NCBI GenBank assembly: GCA_045650025.1
Contig: JAZRQR010000157.1
Coordinates: 12,682-76,681, forward strand
DNA from: Eubacteriales bacterium
GTDB lineage: Bacteria > Bacillota > Clostridia > Oscillospirales > CAG-272
Direction: 5' to 3'
DNA length: 64,000 bases
In this document: piece by piece, positions 16,891 to 24,351 of the stretch
How positions within the stretch are numbered: position 1 is the stretch's first letter
Layout of the letters: each line of letters begins with the position of its first letter
Translations under genes and position numbers: made by a program
The notes under the pieces: model-generated
What the model was told of the DNA's origin: nothing
Seen by the model: the letters and a program-made list of their open reading frames with translations, nothing else
The model's database searches: none

Positions 16891-19800
16891 TTACTCTGCG
16901 TCAGTTTCCTGCGCGGGAGCTTCCTCCACAACGGGAGCTTCCTCAACTGCGGGAGCTTCCTCGACTACGGGAGCTTCCTCGACTGCGGGAGCTTCCTCAA
17001 CTGCGGGAGCCGCTTCAGGAGCGTTGGGCTGCAGCTTTACTGCATGACCACCGGTCAGAGTGATCATCTTGATTGCCTGCAGCGAGAAGCCGTTTGCCTC
17101 AACAGTCAGTGCCTTGTTCAGGTCGCCGTCTGCCAGAACCTTGACTCTCTTGCAATCGGATGCGATAAGCTTCTTAGCCTTGAGCGAGTCAATGTCAACC
17201 TTGTCGCCGTTCTCGTAGTGCTCGTTGAGCGTGCCTACGTTTACAGCACCCATCTTACCGGTTGCTGCGCTTGCAACCAGAACAACTGCGCCAACTGCCT
17301 GAGCGTCGGTCATCAGTGCGTCAACCTCGGTTGCGGTTACGTGCTCGACTACTGCAACGGGAGCAGCCTCAGGAGCGGGCTCAACAACAGGAGCAGCTGC
17401 TGCTACCTGTGCGTCGGTCTTTTCCTCTTCCACAGCCTCAGGAGCGGGCTCTTCAGTAGCAGGACCCTTGGGGAAGATGTTGTGACCGTACAGGATGTAC
17501 GCAACGATCAGAACTGCAATGAATACCAGCAGGATGATCAGGAAGATCCACCAGCCGTTCTTCTTATCCTCTTCATCTTCGATGGACTCGGTGCCGGACT
17601 CGGTTTCAGAATCGGGAGCAGAAGTATCCTCGGTGGTTACGGAGGACTCGGGAACGTTGGTGCCGGACTCGGTCTCAGTCTCAGTCTCAGTCTCGGTCTC
17701 GGTCTCCTCGGGAGTGGTTTCTTCAGGAGTGGTGGTCTCCTCGGGAGTGGTTTGTTCAGGAGTGGTAGTCTCCTCGGGAGTGGTCACCTCAGGGGCGGTG
17801 GTCTCTTCGGGAGTGGTCACCTCAGGGGTGGTCTCTTCGGGAGTAGTTTCCTCGGGAGTGGTTTCCTCGGGGGTAGTCTCCTCAGGAGTGGTTTCCTCGG
17901 GAGCCGTGGTCTCCTCGGGAGCGGTGGTCTCGGTCTCGGAGGTTTCGGGCGTTACAGCCTGGGTGTGACCGCAGACGCATTCGCCGTTTACGTGAGTATG
18001 CGCCTCAACGTTCTGGTAGCCACATACGGAACAGGTCTGCCAGTGGTTCGCATCGTCGTAGTGATAGGTAGTGCCAAATCCGTGTGCTTCCTGGATCTGA
18101 ACCTCATAGAAGTCATAATCCTGTGCATCACTTGCAAACTTATCAGCGGGATCGTAGTATCTGACGCCCCACTTCCACTTGCTTACGTAGTGGCCGTTTG
18201 CATCGGGAGCTGCAACTGCTGCAAATGCAGGAACGTCAGCAGCGTCCAGAGTCTGACCAAGGTCAGTATTGATGGTAACAGTCTTGATCAGGCTACCGTC
18301 CAGACCGTAGAAGTTTACGGTGTAGAGGTACTGCTCGTAGTTGACTGCATAGTAGGAGAAGTGCGTGGTGGTGAAGGTCAGAGCGTCGCCCTCAGAGACA
18401 ACGGGCTGCTTTTCAACACCGTTTGCGCCTACGAAGTAAGCGTAACCGTGGAACTTAGCGGAATCGTTTGCGAAAGGAACGGTGATGGTTGCCTTACCGG
18501 AGGTAAATGCAGAACCGGTCAGATCGAAGCTGTAAACAGCATCGTAGTTATAGAAGTCTGCATCTGCAGGCCACTCGATCTCTTCACCCACAACGGTGGA
18601 AACTGCGAAGGAGATCTCGTCTGCAGTTGCGTTGCTCTTGATGTTGAGCAGTGCTGCGTTGTCCAGCAGAATGGTAACTGCGTGTCCGGAGCCGTTTTCG
18701 CCAACAACCACCTGCAGGGTAACGTCAGCGTTCATCTCCGCCAGCTGGAAGAGAACTGCGGGGATAACGGAGGATGCGGTCCAACGGTTGCCTACCTGCT
18801 GGTAGTCACCCATGGTCAGAACGAACGTGTCGCCGTTCAGGGTTACGTTGCTGTTTGCATCAAAGTGTGCAACAGCGGTATATTCTGCATAGTAATCGGT
18901 GTGTGCGGTTACGTTGTTCAGTGCGGTGCCGTTTGCCTGGTACCAGCCCTTGAAGGTGTAGCGGTTCACCAGATCCATCTCCTTAGCGGGAGCTTCGGGA
19001 GTTGCGGGAACGGTGTTGTACTTAACCTCTACGGAGGAGATCAGCTTGTCGCCTGCATAGAAGTTAACGGTTGCCCACAGGTCAGCCTCGTAGGTTGCAT
19101 GTGCGGTTGCGGGAACGATTGCGGTGTTCCAGCCCTTGAAGGACAGAACGTCAGCAATTGCCTCTACCCAAGCGTTCTCGGGAGCAGGCATGGTGCCGTA
19201 GGGTACTTCTACCGTGTAGGACTTGTCTGCTACAACAAAGGTTACGTCAGCGGTGTAGTCAGCTACGTAGGTAGCGTCACCGGTAACAACGGGAAGCTCT
19301 GCGCCAAAGCCCTTCCAGCCCTTGAAGTTCAGGGTGTCGAAGAGGTACAGATCAGCGTCCAGAGAAGGAACGGTACCGTATGCGAAGGTCTGGGTGTACA
19401 GAGTGCCGAGAACGTCAAAGGTGATGGTGTACTCATCCACAACCTTCTTAACGGTTACAACGGTATCTGCAGCGGGCATAGTCAGCAGTACGTCACCGTA
19501 CGCGTCCTGTGCAACCAGCGTATAGCCCTCGGTCTTGAGGTCGGAGTAGTAAGGAGCGAGCTGCGCGCCGTAAGGCAGGAAGCCCTCGAAGATCAGGCTG
19601 CCCTTCTCGTCCACGAACTTAACAGAATACAGATCTGCAACGGTTACGGTGAAGGAGACGTCAGAGGTTACGTCGCGGCTGGGAACGTAGTTGCCCAGAG
19701 TGATGCTCTTACCAAATGCGGTAATGGTTACATTATCAAGAATATTCTTGAGCCAAGCGGTGGGGTTGTAAGTAACGTCGAAGCCAAAGCTGAATACGCC

Positions 19801-21744
19801 GTTGCCCTTGTAGGTATCGGTCAGCTTAGCATCCTGGAACTTCTCGGGAATGAGATTGAATACCAGGTCGATCGCACGGTCGGTCAGGTTGAATGCAGCC
19901 TGTGCCTTAGCAGAATCGGGGATTCTGTTCTGGAACTCTGCAAATGCGCTGACCATGCGTACAACGATTGCCTGTGCGCGAGCGGGGCTGACGTTGAACT
20001 TGTTTGCAACGCGTGCGGTTGCTGCTGCGAGAAGCTCGCTGCCAACCAGTGCGTCTGCATCCTTAAGCTGGGTCAGTGCTGCCAGGTCGCTGTAAGTCAC
20101 TACCTGAGTCAGGTTATAAACAGACTGGAGAGTGAAAGACGCTTCCTTGCCGTTTACGGACTCGGGAACAGCCTCGATCAGGATATCGCCGTACTTCTGG
20201 AACAGCTCCAGAGCAGGACGAATCTCTGCCAGCTTTGCCATGAATGCATCTTCCTTAGCGTCGGTTGCGGATACGTTATCCAGCAGATACTCCATAACGT
20301 CTGCGAACTGCTCATAGGTCAGCAGATCGAACAGGGACAAGAGCTCACCAACGGTTGCGCTCTCGCTCAGGCCTGCAACGATGGTCTGCTTGGTCTGATC
20401 GGAAACGCCTGCATGATTGAGAGCCTTGGTCAGAGCCATGGTGAATGCGCCGGGAACCATCACGTTCACGTGCACGTCACCGTCCAGACCCTGTGCAAAA
20501 TCATATGCATCGTATGCAATGTCAACGGTCTTGAGCAGTGCCTTTGCAGCGTTGCGAACCAGTGCAACGTCGCCACGCAGTGCTACGTTGAACTCGATCT
20601 CGCTGTCAGCCTTACCCTCAGCACCCAGAACAACGTCATAGGTAGCCAGTACACCGTCGTTGCCAACGTTTGCTACGTCGGTGGGGGTAACGGGGTCAAC
20701 CATCAGAGCGCTCTTGAGGCCCTGAACCGAGATCAGCTCGCCATAGTTGCCGGACTCAACGGTGCTCAGCAGCTCTGCCATCTGGGTAATGCTATAACCC
20801 TCGACCTCAACAACCTTGTAGCCGTTTACGGTTACGTCAGTCACCTTACCGTTGTAGATCTCGGTAGCAGTTGCCTGGATGAAGGCGGTGATAGCGCTCT
20901 TGTATGCGCTCTGAGCGTTGCCGGTTCTGACGTCGCCCAGTACGTCTGCAAGAATCTGGTTGTAGTTGCTTGCATCCACGTTTACGTACAGCGTTGCAAC
21001 GCCGTTCGCATATACCATTTCGTACTCGCCGTAGTTCACGGGCAGACCGTTTACGTCAGCAACAACCTTTTCCAGGATGTCAACGGTAGTACCCTTGATT
21101 ACGATCTCGTCAGCGCCCATGGGAACGATCACGTAGGTGTTGTCCCACTTCACGTACTGACCTGCAACAGCAGTACCCTGGTATGCGGGGATCAGCTTCT
21201 TGTAGCCAAGCTCCTGCTTGTTAACGGCTACACCATCGATTTCCCAGATAACGGTACAGGTGGGAGAAACGTAGTCAGGATTTTCTTCCTTCTTCTTCTG
21301 TTCTTCCTTCTGATACTCGATGGATTCCTTGATCTCGTCAAAGCTTGCGCCGTTCTGAACTGCGTCTACAACGGTGTCAATGTCACCGATGTGCTCGTCG
21401 TTTACCAGAACGTCCTCGATAACGGTGTCAAACTTTTCCTTTGCATCGTCATCGTCCTTTGCGCCGAGAATCTCGTTTGCGGACTCTTTAAAAGATTCGT
21501 CGCTTTCATACTTTTCATTGACGTAATCCTTCAACTCCTGCTCCATAGCGTCTTTGTCTTCCATATCCTTGACGCTATTGTACTTGTTGATCAGGTCAAT
21601 GAACGCACTCATATCCTTGCCTGCAAAAGAGGACAGGAGAGAGTTGTCTGCAGCGAACGTGGGAACAGTGATTACAGAGATAAACATTGCCAGAGTCAAC
21701 AATGCTACCAGTACTCTGCAACCAAGTTTTGCGGTTTGCTTCAT
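16891..21744 (-). CDS. Giant bitopic surface protein (1,617 aa): signal peptide, Listeria-Bacteroides (Flg_new)-type repeats, Pro/Thr/Glu linker, one TM helix, cytoplasmic uL15-like domain and (A/V)PxVEE tandem tail
   Basis: Track ORF 16891..21759. The start is moved to the ATG at 21744 (MKQTAKLGCRVLVALLTLAMFISVITVPTFA), 8 nt after GGAGG. Repeats include YTITFDVLGTLYTQTFAYGTVP...LNFKGWKGF, VTFVVADKSYTVEVPYGTMP...LSFKGWN and VNFYAGDKLISSVEVKYNTVP...YTFKGWY. The TM helix is WWIFLIILLVFIAVLIVAYILY (nt 17488-17553). The tail is GAVNVGTLNEHYENGDKVDIDSLKAKKLIASDCKRVKVLADGDLNKALTVEANGFSLQAIKMITLTGGHAV (nt 17029-17340). Confidence 0.9.
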   Translation of the reverse strand: MKQTAKLGCRVLVALLTLAMFISVITVPTFAADNSLLSSFAGKDMSAFIDLINKYNSVKDMEDKDAMEQELKDYVNEKYESDESFKESANEILGAKDDDDAKEKFDTVIEDVLVNDEHIGDIDTVVDAVQNGASFDEIKESIEYQKEEQKKKEENPDYVSPTCTVIWEIDGVAVNKQELGYKKLIPAYQGTAVAGQYVKWDNTYVIVPMGADEIVIKGTTVDILEKVVADVNGLPVNYGEYEMVYANGVATLYVNVDASNYNQILADVLGDVRTGNAQSAYKSAITAFIQATATEIYNGKVTDVTVNGYKVVEVEGYSITQMAELLSTVESGNYGELISVQGLKSALMVDPVTPTDVANVGNDGVLATYDVVLGAEGKADSEIEFNVALRGDVALVRNAAKALLKTVDIAYDAYDFAQGLDGDVHVNVMVPGAFTMALTKALNHAGVSDQTKQTIVAGLSESATVGELLSLFDLLTYEQFADVMEYLLDNVSATDAKEDAFMAKLAEIRPALELFQKYGDILIEAVPESVNGKEASFTLQSVYNLTQVVTYSDLAALTQLKDADALVGSELLAAATARVANKFNVSPARAQAIVVRMVSAFAEFQNRIPDSAKAQAAFNLTDRAIDLVFNLIPEKFQDAKLTDTYKGNGVFSFGFDVTYNPTAWLKNILDNVTITAFGKSITLGNYVPSRDVTSDVSFTVTVADLYSVKFVDEKGSLIFEGFLPYGAQLAPYYSDLKTEGYTLVAQDAYGDVLLTMPAADTVVTVKKVVDEYTITFDVLGTLYTQTFAYGTVPSLDADLYLFDTLNFKGWKGFGAELPVVTGDATYVADYTADVTFVVADKSYTVEVPYGTMPAPENAWVEAIADVLSFKGWNTAIVPATAHATYEADLWATVNFYAGDKLISSVEVKYNTVPATPEAPAKEMDLVNRYTFKGWYQANGTALNNVTAHTDYYAEYTAVAHFDANSNVTLNGDTFVLTMGDYQQVGNRWTASSVIPAVLFQLAEMNADVTLQVVVGENGSGHAVTILLDNAALLNIKSNATADEISFAVSTVVGEEIEWPADADFYNYDAVYSFDLTGSAFTSGKATITVPFANDSAKFHGYAYFVGANGVEKQPVVSEGDALTFTTTHFSYYAVNYEQYLYTVNFYGLDGSLIKTVTINTDLGQTLDAADVPAFAAVAAPDANGHYVSKWKWGVRYYDPADKFASDAQDYDFYEVQIQEAHGFGTTYHYDDANHWQTCSVCGYQNVEAHTHVNGECVCGHTQAVTPETSETETTAPEETTAPEETTPEETTPEETTPEETTPEETTPEVTTPEETTAPEVTTPEETTTPEQTTPEETTTPEETTPEETETETETETETESGTNVPESSVTTEDTSAPDSETESGTESIEDEEDKKNGWWIFLIILLVFIAVLIVAYILYGHNIFPKGPATEEPAPEAVEEEKTDAQVAAAAPVVEPAPEAAPVAVVEHVTATEVDALMTDAQAVGAVVLVASAATGKMGAVNVGTLNEHYENGDKVDIDSLKAKKLIASDCKRVKVLADGDLNKALTVEANGFSLQAIKMITLTGGHAVKLQPNAPEAAPAVEEAPAVEEAPVVEEAPAVEEAPVVEEAPAQETDAE
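16915..17022 (-). repeat. In-frame 18-bp tandem repeat (5 good plus 1 degenerate unit) encoding APAVEE/APVVEE
   Basis: The units GGGAGCTTCCTC[C/A/G]AC[A/T][A/G]C start at 16915, 16933, 16951, 16969 and 16987. There is a degenerate unit at 17005-17022. Confidence 0.9.
17668..17950 (-). repeat. In-frame low-complexity repeats encoding (ET)n and (TPEET)n linker
   Basis: 6-bp CTCAGT/CTCGGT units run over 17668-17708, then ~15-bp units (GGAGTGGTTTCCTCG-like) continue to ~17950. The protein reads TTPEETTPEETTPEETTPEETTPEVTTPEETT...ETETETETETE. Confidence 0.85.
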
Positions 21745-21899
21745 TGGTTTTTCCTCCAACTATAAAGATTTTTAAGACTCGGGATATTTCAAACCCCTGC
21801 CGGTTTTTCCGACTTGGGCGCCTTAACATTACATAATATACACGCACGGCTTCAACGCCCAAAAAGGCATAATTCACCCAATGCGCCTATATTACGAGT

Positions 21900-21928
21900 A
21901 TTGTATCACATTTTTTCAGTTTTGTCAA
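21900..21928 (-). promoter_or_regulatory. Near-consensus sigma-A promoter for the giant surface-protein gene
   Basis: The reverse strand reads TTGACA (plus 21923-21928), N17, TGaTACAAT (-10 at plus 21900-21905). This implies a ~150-nt 5' UTR before the ATG at 21744. Confidence 0.7.
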
Positions 21929-22117
21929 GAAAAAACACTTCTTTCCAGTCATAGTATGCAAACGGCGCGCAACGCTTGCACGCCCTGCACGGATATGCTT
22001 TTTTTACACGAAAATGCGCAAATTCCACCCATATCACGTGAAATTTATTGCCATTTCGTTGCATTTTGCGCATAATCGGTATAATTGCACGCGTTTGTGA
22101 TTTACGCCGAAAAATAA

Positions 22118-22136
22118 TGTTTACACTTTGTTTACA
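22118..22136. promoter_or_regulatory. Two direct TGTTTACA boxes 11 bp apart (possible regulator site)
   Basis: TGTTTACA is at 22118-22125 and 22129-22136, with a related TGTGATTTAC at 22096-22105. They sit in the 860-bp intergenic region between divergent surface genes. Confidence 0.3.
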
Positions 22137-22288
22137 TTTTTCGACGGCGATTTTTGCGCACTTTCCGTGCAAAAGCACATAGCACCACGCAAAGCTGCAC
22201 AGCGTCGCGCAAGCTCCCTGCATCCGTCGTTTTTGGAAAGATGACAATTACAAGGGGGGGGCGTTTTGGCGGATATGGAATCTTCGCT

Positions 22289-22566
22289 AGCCGTACGGGA
22301 GTCGAACCAAGTTGGTTTTGACGAGCAGATTTTCTCGATCCCTTTACCTTTCCCCTTGGACATATTGCCCATATGCCCTGCGGGAAAAGCTTTTGGGCTC
22401 AAAAAAATCTGCTGCGTCAAAACTGCTCGCACCCGAGAGCGAATGCATTTTTGATGGATTTTGGTGAGATTTTGCGAAGCAAGATACCAATCTTGCGAGT
22501 AAAAGCACGCCGGAAGACGCATAAATGCATCGCCCTCGGGCAATTCGGTTCGATTCCCGTACGGCT
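22289..22566. repeat. 278-bp MITE-like element, family 1 copy C
   Basis: The ends AGCCGTACGGGAGTCGAACCAA (22289-22310) and TTCGGTTCGATTCCCGTACGGCT (22544-22566) are inverted repeats. The interior contains TTTTTGATGGATTTTG and CGAAGCAAGATACcaATCTTGC, shared with 8673-8953. Confidence 0.7.
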
Positions 22567-22580
22567 ACACAGAAATTCTC

Positions 22581-22609
22581 TTTACATTCGTCATAATCTG
22601 TGCTATAAT
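22581..22609 (+). promoter_or_regulatory. Promoter TTTACA-N17-TATAAT with TGTGC extension
   Basis: TTTACA (22581-22586) and TGTGCTATAAT (22599-22609). The ATG at 22638 is preceded by CCGGAGGA. Confidence 0.65.
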
Positions 22610-22637
22610 ATCCTCAACGACATTCCCCGGAGGATTT

Positions 22638-24212
22638 ATGAAACGCTTGATTTCCCTTTTGGCGGTCTTGTTGGTGCTCTCACTGTGCGCGTGCAGCGTA
22701 CCCGGTGACGGAGTCACCGACACTACCATGACCGACCTTGACGATACGTCTGCGTCAAATGACACAACAGAGCCAGACACTGCCGCGCCGGAAACGGATG
22801 CGGACACCGAAGCCGAAACGTCTCCCGCCTGCAACCACGCAGACACGGACGACAACGGCGTTTGTGACGTGTGCACCATCTCGGTGCTGGTCAGCGTGGA
22901 TCTCTTTTCGATCAACGACCTGCACGGCAAATTCAACGATACCGACGATCAGCCCGGCGTGGACGAGCTGACCACCTATCTCAAAAACGCCGTACAAGCC
23001 AACCCCTACACCGTGCTGCTTTCGGCGGGCGATATGTGGCAGGGCAGCTCGGAGTCCAATTCCACCAAGGGTCTGATCATCACCGACTGGATGAACGAGC
23101 TGGATTTTGCCGGCATGGCACTTGGCAACCACGAATTTGACTGGGGCGTGGAGGCAATTTTGCAAAACGTGGAGCTTGCCGAGTTCCCCATTCTTGCCAT
23201 CAACGTCTATGAGCGAAGCACCAATACCTTGGCTGACTACTGCACCCCCTCGGTGCTTGTGGATAAGGGCGAGGTGCAGATCGGCATCATCGGTGCCATT
23301 GGCAACAACTATTCCTCGATCTCGGCGGACAAGGTGCAGGACTACTATTTCGTGCTGGACGATGCACTGACCAAGCTGGTCAAATCTGAGTCCGATTCCC
23401 TGCGTGCGCAGGGGGCAGATCTCATCGTATACGTCATTCATGACGGCGGCGGTGAATATGACTATTCCCTCTCCGACGGCTACGTAGACGTGGTTTTTGA
23501 GGGTCACAGCCACCAAAATTACGTCAAGAAGGACTCCCGGGGCATTTACCACCTGCAGGGCGGCGGCGATAACGACGGCATTACCCACGCCATGGCAAAG
23601 GTCAATTACGTGACCGGCAGCGTTGTAGTCGTGACCGCGGAATACCTGCCTACCTCGCGCTATGCAAGCCTTGCCGATGACCCCATTGTGGAAGAGCTCA
23701 ACCAAAAATACGCGGACGACCTGGAGATCGGCAACCAAAACCTTGGCTACAACGCAAAGAAGCGCTACTCCGATCAGATTCTGCAAAAGGTTGCGGATCT
23801 GTACCTTGCATACGGCGAGGAGCGCTGGGGTGAGCAATACGACCTGGTGCTGGGCGGCGGATTCCTCTCGGCGCGTTCCCCCTACGATCTTGAAAAGGGC
23901 GACGTGTATTACGCCGATCTGCAAATGCTGCTCCCCTTCGACAACCAGATCGTGCTGTGCTCAATCAAGGGCTCGGATCTCTTAAACCGCTTTATCAACA
24001 CCACCAACGACCGCTACTACATTTCGCTGAGTGACTACGGTACCGATATCAAAAGCTCGATTGACCGTAACGCCACCTATTACATCATCACAGACACCTA
24101 TTGCTCCTCCTACGCCGCCAACCGCCTGACCGTAATTGATACGTATGACCAGACCACGTTCGCGCGTGACCTGATTGCCGAATATATCAAGGACGGAAAT
24201 TGGAGTAAATAA
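22638..24212 (+). CDS. Secreted bifunctional metallophosphatase/5'-nucleotidase-family lipoprotein (UshA/CpdB/YhcR-C-terminal-like)
   Basis: Track ORF of 524 aa. It has a signal/lipobox (MKRLISLLAVLLVLSLCACS). The calcineurin-like motifs appear in order: INDLHG, GDMWQGS, GNHEFD, FEGHSHQ. A C-terminal substrate-binding-like domain follows. Confidence 0.85.
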   Translation: MKRLISLLAVLLVLSLCACSVPGDGVTDTTMTDLDDTSASNDTTEPDTAAPETDADTEAETSPACNHADTDDNGVCDVCTISVLVSVDLFSINDLHGKFNDTDDQPGVDELTTYLKNAVQANPYTVLLSAGDMWQGSSESNSTKGLIITDWMNELDFAGMALGNHEFDWGVEAILQNVELAEFPILAINVYERSTNTLADYCTPSVLVDKGEVQIGIIGAIGNNYSSISADKVQDYYFVLDDALTKLVKSESDSLRAQGADLIVYVIHDGGGEYDYSLSDGYVDVVFEGHSHQNYVKKDSRGIYHLQGGGDNDGITHAMAKVNYVTGSVVVVTAEYLPTSRYASLADDPIVEELNQKYADDLEIGNQNLGYNAKKRYSDQILQKVADLYLAYGEERWGEQYDLVLGGGFLSARSPYDLEKGDVYYADLQMLLPFDNQIVLCSIKGSDLLNRFINTTNDRYYISLSDYGTDIKSSIDRNATYYIITDTYCSSYAANRLTVIDTYDQTTFARDLIAEYIKDGNWSK

Positions 24213-24226
24213 AATATGAAATTATG

Positions 24227-24255
24227 AAAAAGCCGCTTAACAAAGCGGCTTTTTC
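24227..24255 (+). terminator. Rho-independent terminator (A/T flanked, could act both ways)
   Basis: AAAAAGCCGCTT-aaca-AAGCGGCTTTTT (24227-24255). Confidence 0.8.
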
Positions 24256-24321
24256 CTTCCTGTCTTCACATACGACGTGCAAACCGTCGAATCCGGTTCA
24301 TGCCTTTGCATGACATAACCG

Positions 24322-24343
24322 AAAGGGGCTTTTCAGCCCCTTT
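24322..24343 (-). terminator. Probable terminator of the ECF-sigma fusion gene
   Basis: AAAGGGGCT-tttc-AGCCCCTTT (24322-24343), 9 nt after the stop at 24352. Confidence 0.55.
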
Positions 24344-24351
24344 CTTAATTA

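Noticed and set aside
16915-17950. Regularly spaced short repeats that could be mistaken for a CRISPR array
   Set aside because: The repeats are contiguous 18-bp, 15-bp and 6-bp units with no spacers. They are in frame inside a long ORF and encode APxVEE, TPEET and ET peptide repeats.
17044-21765. 1,573-aa + strand ORF, the longest plus-strand ORF in the track
   Set aside because: It is exactly antisense to the well-supported 1,617-aa surface-protein gene. Its translation is low-complexity (runs of G/L/V/C/S) with no start context, RBS or motifs. It is a shadow ORF caused by codon bias of the real gene.
21906-22247. 113-aa minus-strand ORF in the long intergenic region upstream of the giant surface-protein gene
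   Set aside because: It is AT-rich with no RBS. It overlaps the strong promoter (21900-21928) and the TGTTTACA boxes. Its composition is unlike that of neighbouring genes.
22289-22566. Possible tRNA genes or tRNA fragments, because the repeat termini read GGTTCGA(C/T)TCCCGTACGGCT
   Set aside because: The flanking bases do not form a 5-bp T-stem. No matching 5' acceptor strand, D-arm or anticodon arm is present. The same sequence occurs in both orientations as terminal inverted repeats. The same reasoning applies to 8673-8953.
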